Shown here in pieces: positions 18,794-27,872 of a stretch of DNA of 64,000 nucleotides. Origin of the DNA: a virus; the IMG/VR virus record IMGVR_UViG_3300043015_002491, positions 1 through 64,000 of that record; one strand, given 5' to 3'. A model generated the notes under the pieces. That model did no database searches and was not told the DNA's origin. It saw nothing but the letters and a program-made list of their open reading frames with translations. Positions within the stretch are counted from its first letter, which is position 1; every line of letters begins with the position of its first letter. A program made the translations under genes and the position numbers.

Positions 18794-19738
18794 TCAACGA
18801 TTTAATTTTTTTACTCCTCTACCAAATAATTCAGATTCTTTTTCTCTTCTAGATTTTAGACCTGGATGTTTCTCAAATGATTTTTCACTAGTAGTCTTTA
18901 TTTTTTCTTTAGCCTTTTCATATTCACCCCTTTTAACTAATTGTATAAAGTCAGAGTTTCTAAAACCACTTCTACCCATATTAAAAGCCATAGATACCAT
19001 AGCATCATACATATCTTGGTTGATTGTATATTTAATACCTTTCTTGTCCCAACGTGATAAAACATCATTAATAACCTTTTCAGCATAAGCTAAATCATTT
19101 TTAAATAACTCTTCAGCAGTTTCTCTAGAAATTACTTGACCTAATTTAAACTTAGACCTTCTAATTTTTTCAGCATGCCCCCAACCAATTGTGATTGCAC
19201 CATCACCAAGTTTATAAGCTTTAAGTACTGGTTCACCCTTATGTTTTATACTACCTTCTTCATACTTAAGGTGATTTATTAAATTTTGTGATGCTTTAGT
19301 AGGTTTAGCTACTCTATTGTCTAATTCTTTATTAACTTGATTTTCTTTTTCACTACTAACTCTTTTAACTGGCGTTGAAGTTTCTATTGATGTTAATATA
19401 TCTTGTTTTATATCTGGCGCATTAGCACTTAATAACGAACTAACCGTGTTTAATGATAATAAACCCATTAAACTAATACTCACATATTTTACCATTTTTT
19501 TTCTAAACCCAGATGGGATATTTTTGGTCTTATTTAATAAAACTTCTAAGAATCTTTCACCTTGTGTTGGTGAATGAATGGTTGACATGGTTTTTTCAAG
19601 TTGATTTTTTGTTAAATCCCATTCAAATGTTCTAGACTCTTCTTCGTTTTCACATATTAGTATTAAATCATTTAAACTATTTTCAAATAACCTAGTTTCT
19701 AATTCTTCTCTTAACAAATTTTCTATTAGATGTTTCAT
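18794..19738 (-). CDS. phage lysozyme (GH24) with N-terminal extension
   Basis: EEG..AYK.GDGAITIGWGH, DAMVSMAFNMG and GLKSRREKESELF; likely start MKHLIENLLRE. Confidence 0.88.
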   Translation of the reverse strand: MKHLIENLLREELETRLFENSLNDLILICENEEESRTFEWDLTKNQLEKTMSTIHSPTQGERFLEVLLNKTKNIPSGFRKKMVKYVSISLMGLLSLNTVSSLLSANAPDIKQDILTSIETSTPVKRVSSEKENQVNKELDNRVAKPTKASQNLINHLKYEEGSIKHKGEPVLKAYKLGDGAITIGWGHAEKIRRSKFKLGQVISRETAEELFKNDLAYAEKVINDVLSRWDKKGIKYTINQDMYDAMVSMAFNMGRSGFRNSDFIQLVKRGEYEKAKEKIKTTSEKSFEKHPGLKSRREKESELFGRGVKKLNR

Positions 19739-19792
19739 ATTATATAAATATAACCCAACCATTCAAAAATTGTATAGTACCTTAATTTTTAG

Positions 19793-19874
19793 TGACCCTG
19801 GTGAGACTCGAACTCACACGCCTTTCGGCAGAGGCTTCTTAGACCCCCCTGTATACCAATTCCAGCACAGAGCC
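19793..19874 (-). tRNA. tRNA-Leu(AAG)
   Basis: GGGGT-CTAAGAA-GCCTC; Leu-type D loop and variable arm. Confidence 0.8.
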
Positions 19875-19879
19875 ATAAA

Positions 19880-19963
19880 CAGGTTGAGTTTTACGGGATT
19901 GAACCGCTTCGTTTTGTTTTGCAGACAAAATTTTAACCATTTAAAGTTTGCTGTACTCAACCT
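19880..19963 (-). ncRNA. CAGCAA-family RNA with Cys(GCA) anticodon arm and T-arm remnant
   Basis: AGGTTGAG-TACAGCAA...TTTGT-CTGCAAA-ACAAA..GCGG-TTCAATC-CCGT..CTCAACCTG. Confidence 0.75.
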
Positions 19964-19967
19964 TTAG

Positions 19968-20056
19968 TACGGAGGGCGGGATTCGAACCCGCAGATGTAT
20001 CTTACGTGTGCCGTGGGGTCTAAGCCCACCGACTTTACCAGTTTGTCCACCTCCGC
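19968..20056 (-). tRNA. tRNA-Leu(TAG)
   Basis: GTGGG-CTTAGAC-CCCAC; long variable arm. Confidence 0.82.
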
Positions 20057-20061
20057 ATTTG

Positions 20062-20144
20062 TACTCCCGCCCAGACTCGAACTGGGATTTACTTCACGTC
20101 TCTTCCATGTAAAAGAAGGATGTTACCAATTACACCACAGGAGC
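20062..20144 (-). tRNA. tRNA-Val(TAC), variant with expanded variable region
   Basis: loop TTTACAT. Confidence 0.7.
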
Positions 20145-20150
20145 ATTTTG

Positions 20151-20240
20151 TAGCGGGAGCTGGATTCGAACCAGCGAAATCAGATTCACTCTGCCTCTGG
20201 GTTATGAGCCCAGCGAGCCGACCAACTGCTCTACCCCGCA
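20151..20240 (-). tRNA. tRNA-Met(CAT), initiator-like, long variable arm
   Basis: CTGGG-CTCATAA-CCCAG (three G-C pairs); 1:72 mismatch. Confidence 0.8.
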
Positions 20241-20247
20241 ATATTAG

Positions 20248-20438
20248 TTGCCACGGTAGGAATCGAACCTACTGCCTCTCCCCTATGAACGGGAGCGAGC
20301 TTTGAACAAATTTAACAAACTCCAAACTATTCATGTTTAACCAGAAGTCCCCTTAACATGTGTCGGTTATTCCATATTAAACAATCCAAGCCCTTTTAAA
20401 ATTAAACCTTGGCATGTTCTCCAATGCTCTACGTGACT
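20248..20438 (-). tRNA. tRNA-like gene (CAT) with >100-nt insertion in the D-loop
   Basis: acceptor GTCACG/CGTGGC; D stem GAGC/GCTC separated by a long insert; intact T arm. Confidence 0.6.
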
Positions 20439-20449
20439 AAGTTTAGCCG

Positions 20450-20535
20450 TAGCCAGAGTGGGACTCGAACCCACACGCCCCTTTCGGAGCAAGGGATTTT
20501 AAGTCCCTCGTGTCTACCAATTCCACCATCTGGCC
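20450..20535 (-). tRNA. tRNA-Leu(TAA)
   Basis: AGGGA-CTTAAAA-TCCCT. Confidence 0.92.
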
Positions 20536-20559
20536 ATATTTTCAAAGAACACTTTGTTG

Positions 20560-20635
20560 TTGGGATAGAGGGATTCGAACCCCCGACCTTCTCGGTGTAA
20601 ACGAGACGCTACTGAACCAACTGAGCTATATCCCA
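20560..20635 (-). tRNA. tRNA-Val(TAC)
   Basis: CTCG-TTTACAC-CGAG. Confidence 0.9.
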
Positions 20636-21398
20636 ATGTGCTAGGTTTTACCCTAGCTTTATAAATCTTTCATTTTTGATGGCTTTACTTATCCATCTTG
20701 CTAATTCAGAACCTCTGATTTTAGCATCAAATGTAGTTGTACCTAAATCTGAAGATAACTTTAGCGTTTGTATTTCTTCTCTTTCAAACGAATCAGTTTC
20801 AATTACTTCTTCAACTGTTGCTATTGGGAATTGATATAATTCGTCCATAATCACAACATTGTAATATAAATTACCAGCAATATAGTGACTAAATGTAGCC
20901 ATATTCTTAGACTTCATTAAGTCTTTTTTTATTTCTATTTCATTAAACATAACCATTCTCTTTTTTCCATTTTTCATGCATCATATTAATCGTATGGTAA
21001 GGACTTCCTTTACCTTCAATAATTTCTTCGAACCCATTTTCTTTAGTAATAAGAGATTCTCCATATTCAATAGTACCCTTAAATTTACTACCATAACTAC
21101 TAGATTGAAGTGTTTTTGTTGCTGGGTCTACATCACCCCAAGAACTTCTCCATCCTCTAGGTTTAAGATACTCAATAAAATATTGTTTACCTGTTTCTGG
21201 ATAAAATACCACTTCTCTTCCAGTTTCATCTCTGTTCACTAAGAACTCTTGCCTACTAATTGTTTTCATTTTTTCTTTTTTAAAAACCTTGTTATTATCA
21301 TTAACCAATTAACATTATTTTTTTGTCCCTTAGTTAATCTTTCTCTTGTTCCTTCTAAATTACCTCTTAAAATTTCTTTTACCATTTTATTTTTTTAG

Positions 21399-21469
21399 AG
21401 GCGGGAGAGGGAATCGAACCCCCGTAAAAGCTTTTGCAGAGCTCCACCTAACCACTCGGTCATCCCGCC
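21399..21469 (-). tRNA. tRNA-Cys(GCA)
   Basis: AGCT-CTGCAAA-AGCT; U73. Confidence 0.88.
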
Positions 21470-21485
21470 ATTAATTTTTAAACAT

Positions 21486-21519
21486 AAAAAAAGTCCGACT
21501 CGTTTTACTGAATCGGACT
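21486..21519 (-). terminator. attenuator terminator of tRNA operon 3
   Basis: AGTCCGATTC-AGTAAAAC-GAGTCGGAC-T7; 5' arm complementary to GGTCGGACT (21560-21568). Confidence 0.85.
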
Positions 21520-21545
21520 CTCTGTTTATCTTATTTTTATTCAAG

Positions 21546-21626
21546 TTAAGACACAACACAGTCCGACCAGTTTACCACTAGTAAACATAAGTTAAGGACT
21601 AATAATATGTTGTTTCTTGTAATCAT
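21546..21626 (-). CDS. leader peptide 3 (MITRNNILLVLNLCLLVVNWSDCVVS)
   Basis: 26 aa ORF; 10 of codons 8-18 are L/V/C. Confidence 0.82.
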   Translation of the reverse strand: MITRNNILLVLNLCLLVVNWSDCVVS

Positions 21627-21656
21627 TGAATTTTTCTTTGTTTTTAAATATATATG

Positions 21657-21688
21657 CAAAGTTACTATAAAAGTTTCAATTTGTCAAG
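21657..21688 (-). promoter_or_regulatory. sigma-A promoter, tRNA operon 3
   Basis: CTTGAC...GAAACTTT...TAACTTTG. Confidence 0.8.
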
Positions 21689-21723
21689 TATTTTTATAAA
21701 AAAGTTTTATTTTTTTTTGTAAT

Positions 21724-22431
21724 TTAAGAATACCTCATCTTAATTATTCTAGCTATTATGTTGAATAGCTGTTCTTTAGACCTACCTTCACGTCTTTTTA
21801 AAAAGTCATTAATTAAGTCAGAAATTCTCTTTTCTTTTTCTCTTCCCATCTGATATTTGTATGATATTACATCGAAAAGACTCATAAAATAATATCCATT
21901 AAGTTCGGTAGCCCTATCAAGTATTGTATCACTATCATCCACCTTAGTATCTGTATAATCACCGCCAGCTCTTTGTGGAGCCCATTCGTCAAACGCTTCA
22001 ATGTCCATTTGAGTTAAACCTAATTCATTTGGTCTGTAAATACCCTTCTCATAATTAGAGATAAATTTATCCATATCAACCTTACCGTTTAGGTTTGATT
22101 TTAAAATTTCCCAATTTTCTTTATTAGGTACTACCACATCTAAGTCACCTGGCTCTAATGGTATTTCTTTACCACCAAATTGTTCAGAAATCTTATTAAT
22201 AAATTCTGGTAAACCATCATACATATAAAGTCTTGCAGAACCAGATATAAAGTATTTTTTATCAGATGGTTTTATACCAAATGCTTTAAATAATACGTTA
22301 TCAGATTCTTTAATTAACCTCATTAATTTATTATTAGCCTCATCAAGTATCATCGTTTCTTGTAATGCTTTTTCCAAATTAGTCCAAGCATCTCTAATCA
22401 TCATTTCTTCATATAAGTTAGATAACTTCAT
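21724..22431 (-). CDS. putative nucleotidyltransferase-fold protein
   Basis: ISGSARL...GDLDVVV (GS...DxD). Confidence 0.5.
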   Translation of the reverse strand: MKLSNLYEEMMIRDAWTNLEKALQETMILDEANNKLMRLIKESDNVLFKAFGIKPSDKKYFISGSARLYMYDGLPEFINKISEQFGGKEIPLEPGDLDVVVPNKENWEILKSNLNGKVDMDKFISNYEKGIYRPNELGLTQMDIEAFDEWAPQRAGGDYTDTKVDDSDTILDRATELNGYYFMSLFDVISYKYQMGREKEKRISDLINDFLKRREGRSKEQLFNIIARIIKMRYS

Positions 22432-22820
22432 ATTCTTTAAGTTTATTTACAACTTCTGTATTATATTGTTTTTCAATTGTAAGTTTTTTCAATGAAAATA
22501 ACATAAGGAATGGGTTTGGTCCCTTGATAAATAAAAAATTATAAGCAGACCATTCACTAGTCATATAATACTTCTCATTTTCCATAACTTCAATTAATGG
22601 GTACCCATGTTTGTCAATATATTTCCAATCATAAGTGTGACATATTTTACTCACTTTCTTTAAAAATAATAACAACTCTATCACTCTCATAATTACCAAT
22701 AAGCTTAACATTGAAATAACTACCATAACTATAAATATTAACGTTTATTCAAATATAAGAATTATTTCCCAAAATACCAAATTAATCTTTACATTTAACA
22801 CTATAAACCTATATTATGGT

Positions 22821-23144
22821 ATGGGATTTATTTATTTAATTACTGATTGGTCTTCGAACCCGACACGTTATAAGGTGGGTATCACTAAGAATAATGTTGA
22901 AAGTAGATTAAAGCAGTTGCAGACAGGTTCAAGTGGTGAATTAGTGTTACTTAAAACATACGAATCAGAACACTATCGTAAAATAGAAGGTATTCTCCAT
23001 CGTGGTTATAAAACCTACTCTACCGATGGTGGTAAAGAATGGTTTGAATTACCAGATGAAACAGCCCTAAACTTTTTAAATGAATGTGAGCAGATTGATA
23101 ATAATATCAAAATGCTCAAGGATAGTGGTAACCCTTTTATTTAA
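22821..23144 (+). CDS. GIY-YIG / T5orf172-like nuclease
   Basis: GFIYLI...YKVGIT...RLKQLQTG...EWF. Confidence 0.85.
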   Translation: MGFIYLITDWSSNPTRYKVGITKNNVESRLKQLQTGSSGELVLLKTYESEHYRKIEGILHRGYKTYSTDGGKEWFELPDETALNFLNECEQIDNNIKMLKDSGNPFI

Positions 23145-24351
23145 TAACTACCCCTTTTTGTTTTTCATAAACATAAAACTTCTTTCTAATTTCAATAAGA
23201 AGTTTATTTACCAAACCACTTTCAACACTCTTAGGTAAATCAGATTCATCAAAGATTGTATCCATGTTCTGGATTTCTTTATCCGCCATTTCAATTAGTG
23301 ATTCTAAATCAACTTCTCCACGTCTGATTGAAAGTAATTCTTGAGCATCTGGTCTACGGATAATAATACCCTTACCTTCACCAATCTCCTTAGCCATTCT
23401 GATAAGTCTCATGCAATGCATCATATTCTTACCATCGATTTGTTGACCATGTTTTTGCGTATCAACATATCTTGCTTCGTTTCTATTTTCAACCCATTCT
23501 TGGTATTCCTTATAATCCTTACAGTGTTGTGAATAACCATCCTTATTATACGTAAAGATAGCAATTGATTTTTCCTCCTTGGGGATACTTGACAATCTCA
23601 ATTGATTGGATATTCCAGCATTGTTGGATTCCCCAACCTTAACAAGGCCCTTATACCCAAGACCGAAAGTAGTACCTTCTTCATTCCCAAGGAATCTTTT
23701 AACTCTATTCTTAGACTCTTCATCAAAGTCAGATGAGAAACAATTAGCAGCTACACCATCATAATAAAGAGCATACATATCTCTAGCATTGGGAATATTA
23801 ACCACACCGCAGAATTTTTGTGCATCAGAAGGGTAACCCTCTCTTTCAAACCAATCTTTAATTGGAGTTGACTTCTCACCTTCAATTACATAACAGAAGT
23901 CAAGTAATTCTTTTCTAGTTACTTTTTCCTTTTCCCAGTTTTGTTTCTTGTTAAGACCCTTCGCCTTCTTGATTTGTTGTCTAGCATATCCACCAAATGA
24001 GTTTTTACACCCCTTTGTGATAAACTTGTTCTTCTCGTTGATAATAATATCAAAAAGTGGATTCTTAGAGACAATACAATCTTCTGGTGAATTAAGCAAT
24101 TCAAGTACCGTTGGGTTGTTGCTTTCAAGTAGTTCAAGGAAACGCCTTACTTCCCAACCAACATAATCTTTATTAATATTTATTTGTTCAACATACCCAG
24201 TACCTAGAATAAAGTCTTCTGGAAGGATATATACAAACTTCTTATCAATATCACTTGTCGGTGTTTGAGTTCCATAGGCTTGTGACCCTACAATGGTTTC
24301 AAAAAGGATGAGACCATTCTCTACTAAAAATTCGTGTGTAATCTGTTTCAT
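23137..24351 (-). CDS. Pol-beta superfamily nucleotidyltransferase (RlaP/NrdC.11-like)
   Basis: GSQAYGTQTPTSDIDKK, NPTVLELL and KNMMHCMRL. Confidence 0.82.
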   Translation of the reverse strand: MKQITHEFLVENGLILFETIVGSQAYGTQTPTSDIDKKFVYILPEDFILGTGYVEQININKDYVGWEVRRFLELLESNNPTVLELLNSPEDCIVSKNPLFDIIINEKNKFITKGCKNSFGGYARQQIKKAKGLNKKQNWEKEKVTRKELLDFCYVIEGEKSTPIKDWFEREGYPSDAQKFCGVVNIPNARDMYALYYDGVAANCFSSDFDEESKNRVKRFLGNEEGTTFGLGYKGLVKVGESNNAGISNQLRLSSIPKEEKSIAIFTYNKDGYSQHCKDYKEYQEWVENRNEARYVDTQKHGQQIDGKNMMHCMRLIRMAKEIGEGKGIIIRRPDAQELLSIRRGEVDLESLIEMADKEIQNMDTIFDESDLPKSVESGLVNKLLIEIRKKFYVYEKQKGVVIK

Positions 24352-24936
24352 TTTTTTATTTTATGTAAGATACAAAAAAGCTAGGTAAATACCAAATAAA
24401 ATCGGCATTAATAATGCAATACTCACTGCTAAGATTATTTTGATGAAATCAAATATCTTTAGCTTTTTTGTTCTCATTAGTCTTCAATTAACTTTTCCAC
24501 TTTTTCACAAGGTACACAGGTTAAACCTAATCCAGTTGTTGACACAGAACCAGTCTTTCTTGAAGCCACGGCTCCAAAACATAATCCAGTTCTCTTATCT
24601 TTAAAATATACAACATCGGTTCCATCGAAATCAACGTTGTCCGAAGTATTCACTGAACAACTTGTCAGTGCAATAACTACTACTAAAATAAATCCTATCT
24701 TTTTCATAAAGCAAATATAGTGAATTAATTATTACTTTGCAAGTTTTTCTTCTAAATATTCGTATAAGTTATCTCTAAAGACTGTATCATTACATCCCCA
24801 ACTAATTGCTATACCTTGTACATATTCTGGTAAAGCATCCCATATGGTTTGTAATTCCTCGTTGGAGTATTCATATCCAGTTACTTCTAATACAACATCG
24901 TGTATTGCTGCGAAATCTTCTTCTTCAAGTGTTACT

Positions 24937-25452
24937 TTAACTATCATATTTTATAAAACCGTTAATTATTAGATTATGTATGTATTTAGAATGTGCCATA
25001 TTTTTATCGTTTGCATACCCAAGTGCCATATGAAGTCCCCAATAGGGTCTACCAAGCCCTAATTCAGCTCTAATACCATGTAATTGTTCTCTATGTTCCT
25101 CTGGTACATTAAGCCACCAATGACCACTACTATTATCCTTAACTGAGTCTGTTCTTGGGTCTACTGAAAGGACTATTTCTATTTCCTTACCATCCCACTT
25201 TTTCTTAACTTCATCCCACTTACCATTCATATCTGAAGCCCTGTCATTAATGAATGTGACATGGGCACCACGAAGTGGTCTATTAAGTGGCAAATTATAC
25301 CTCTTTTTAATGAACCATGCGTAGTATTCAGCAAGTTCCCCTTCAATTAGAACCATCGCTACCCGTTTCCAAGTAGCCTGGTTTTTATGCTTGTTTGTTT
25401 TATCAGATGGGTCGAACTTAATCTTACCCTTAACCGTTATTGTGTTTACCAT
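24937..25452 (-). CDS. 2H phosphoesterase-like protein
   Basis: AHVTFI and a degenerate second motif LHMALG. Confidence 0.6.
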   Translation of the reverse strand: MVNTITVKGKIKFDPSDKTNKHKNQATWKRVAMVLIEGELAEYYAWFIKKRYNLPLNRPLRGAHVTFINDRASDMNGKWDEVKKKWDGKEIEIVLSVDPRTDSVKDNSSGHWWLNVPEEHREQLHGIRAELGLGRPYWGLHMALGYANDKNMAHSKYIHNLIINGFIKYDS

Positions 25453-25648
25453 CTACCCCAAATTTTGATTTATACCAAACTCTTTCATGTAAATAATAAA
25501 GAAACATTTTACTAATAACTTCTACACCCCCTATTGATAACCCAACTTTAACATCACCAGTTATTAAATAACCAACAAACATTGTGTCAAGTGTACCAAC
25601 AATTCTCCATGTAATTGTTTTAGCTATATGTCTTTTTTTTTCTACCAT
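25430..25648 (-). CDS. DUF2061-like small membrane protein
   Basis: KTITWRIVGTLDT...YYLHERVW. Confidence 0.85.
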   Translation of the reverse strand: MVEKKRHIAKTITWRIVGTLDTMFVGYLITGDVKVGLSIGGVEVISKMFLYYLHERVWYKSKFGVDGKHNNG

Positions 25649-25672
25649 ACAAATATAAAAATAAAAAAACTA

Positions 25673-26131
25673 TTATACAAACTTTTCAGTTAAAAAATTA
25701 ATAACATCACCTTGAATTGATTCATCAACCATGGTTTTCCAAGTATTATCACCATCTTTAATGGATTGTCTAATCTTAGTTGCAGAAACCCATGCTAGGT
25801 TATCTGGTGGTGTGAATTCATTTATTTCGTATCCAACACCTCTACCGTAGTTCACAGATTCAATATCTGGTATAACCATAACTTCCACATCATCACCCTT
25901 AGCTTCATGATATTTTTTAATCATTGAAACTGTTTGTTCAGTTGTAAAAGGATTTTTTTCATCTGGTTCAATGTCTCTAACCATAATAAGTGCTGGGACA
26001 CCTTCATCTAATTTCTGTTGTACTAAAGATATATGACCAGCATGGTAAGGTTGGTACCTACCAATAAAAATAGCCCTTTTTTTATCCTTGTTACTTGTCG
26101 GCTCTCCACCGTGATTTTTTTTAGTCCACAT
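25673..26131 (-). CDS. cytidylyl/adenylyltransferase-like protein
   Basis: IGRYQPYHAGH (HxGH) and SATKIR. Confidence 0.82.
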   Translation of the reverse strand: MWTKKNHGGEPTSNKDKKRAIFIGRYQPYHAGHISLVQQKLDEGVPALIMVRDIEPDEKNPFTTEQTVSMIKKYHEAKGDDVEVMVIPDIESVNYGRGVGYEINEFTPPDNLAWVSATKIRQSIKDGDNTWKTMVDESIQGDVINFLTEKFV

Positions 26132-26132
26132 A

Positions 26133-27092
26133 TTATTTCTTTTTTATTTTAGGGTGATTATTAAGAGTTTTAAGAGTTTGTTCCCACCCCTCAAAATGAA
26201 ATCCTCTATCATCAATATAAACAGTTGCTGGAAATTTATGATTTGAAACTTCATCTATTAAATGGTCCATACCATACTTCTCAAGCCATGGATATATAGC
26301 TGATTTTGGTCTACTAGATAATATCTTAAGTTTATAACCTAATCTTTTTAATTCTTCAAGTGATTCTTTAGCACCTTCCATTGGTGGGTCATATGCGTTA
26401 TCTAAACCTTGGAAACCCTTAGAATACTTATGTATTACACCATCAAAATCAATAGCTAAAACATCTTTTTTGTCTAAATTTTTAATTTCTTTAGGTCTAT
26501 GTCCGATAATTTCTCTACCCTCCAAATATAATAATATTTGTTCAACACAATCTTCTACTGAATAGTCTGATGAATTTATTGTTAAGTCTGGCTTTGTTGG
26601 TATTTCATATGGTGAGTCTATACCAGTAAAATTAGGTATCTCACCAGCCCTAGCTTTTTTATAAAGACCTTTCGGGTCTCTATCCTCACATACCGATAAA
26701 TCAGCATCAATAAACACCTCAATAAAGTTATCTTCACCAATAATATCTTTACACTTAATCCTCTCTTCCCTAAATGGTGAAATGAAAGCTGTGATGGTTA
26801 GTGTTCCAGATTCTGAAAACAGTTTAGCAACCTCACTAATCCTTCTCATATTTTCTTTTCTATCCTCATCAGAAAATGTTAAATCTTTATTAAGACCCAT
26901 TCTAATATTATCACCATCAAGTACTTGAGTTTTAATACCTAACTCAAATAAAGCTTGTTCTAAAGCATTACCTATAGTTGATTTACCAGAACCAGAAAGA
27001 CCTGTAAGCCATATAACTGGTGAGGAATGTTTAAATTTATTATTTTTGTCGATTTTTGACACCCTATTAGGGTGATACGTTAAATTATTCAT
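26133..27092 (-). CDS. cysC: adenylyl-sulfate kinase fused to a HAD-like domain
   Basis: WLTGLSGSGKST, LDGDNIR, RDPKGLYKKARAG and FTGIDSPYE; C-terminal DFDGVIH...YIDDR. Confidence 0.9.
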   Translation of the reverse strand: MNNLTYHPNRVSKIDKNNKFKHSSPVIWLTGLSGSGKSTIGNALEQALFELGIKTQVLDGDNIRMGLNKDLTFSDEDRKENMRRISEVAKLFSESGTLTITAFISPFREERIKCKDIIGEDNFIEVFIDADLSVCEDRDPKGLYKKARAGEIPNFTGIDSPYEIPTKPDLTINSSDYSVEDCVEQILLYLEGREIIGHRPKEIKNLDKKDVLAIDFDGVIHKYSKGFQGLDNAYDPPMEGAKESLEELKRLGYKLKILSSRPKSAIYPWLEKYGMDHLIDEVSNHKFPATVYIDDRGFHFEGWEQTLKTLNNHPKIKKK

Positions 27093-27149
27093 AAAATTTT
27101 ATTTGTTTAATTATCATTAAACATACAACATTTTAGTTAAATGTAAATA

Positions 27150-27872
27150 TTAATTATTAGCTAACCTCAACCTATTTGGGTGTGTAAAGTCTCTTAAAAA
27201 CGCATTCTTAACACCACCAATCTTCTCCAACCACTTTTCATAGTTCTTTTGATTGTCTTCTTCCCATTTAGCCATTTCACTATCTTTTGGTTTATATTTT
27301 CTACCCTTATCTTCCCATGGGTAAGGCATATTAACATAGTCTGGATACAATTCTCTATTGAAAACTCTTTCATCAACAAGAAAAACAACAGCAGTTAATG
27401 TGTTATTTAAATCTGGTTCTCTAAATTCAGCAAAAAGGATTCCGTTATCAGATAACAAATCTCTATGTTTTTGCATTGAACCGTAAAACTTATCATCTGG
27501 GTTTTCATTAGTCGTACCACCATTAAGTATGATAAATGTTTTATCTCTTGAAGCCCATCTATTATATGTGTCCTCAATACCTGGTAACTCTCTAGTACAT
27601 TGCTGATATTCAACCACAGCATGACCATATTGGATTCCAGCTTGTATTGGTGAGATGTTATATGGTACAAGACCGTACATTCTTAATTCTAAAAACCTTT
27701 CTGGTTTCCTAGGGGTTGAGTTTGGTTTAACCTTAACTTCATTAATATACTCTAAGAATTCTTCTTTACTCAATTTAACTAACATGTAAACATTTTCATT
27801 ATTCTCTGGTATCTCTAAAAGTCTAATATTACTTTCTAAGCACCATTCATAAGGTGTTTTTAACTCATTCAT
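27150..27872 (-). CDS. Pth2-like peptidyl-tRNA hydrolase
   Basis: IQAGIQYGHA, IILNGG and FREPDLNNTLTAV. Confidence 0.6.
   Translation of the reverse strand: MNELKTPYEWCLESNIRLLEIPENNENVYMLVKLSKEEFLEYINEVKVKPNSTPRKPERFLELRMYGLVPYNISPIQAGIQYGHAVVEYQQCTRELPGIEDTYNRWASRDKTFIILNGGTTNENPDDKFYGSMQKHRDLLSDNGILFAEFREPDLNNTLTAVVFLVDERVFNRELYPDYVNMPYPWEDKGRKYKPKDSEMAKWEEDNQKNYEKWLEKIGGVKNAFLRDFTHPNRLRLANN

Noticed and set aside
17781-20600. plus-strand ORFs 17781, 19770, 20120 and 20409
   Set aside because: Antisense to tRNA arrays; not protein-like.
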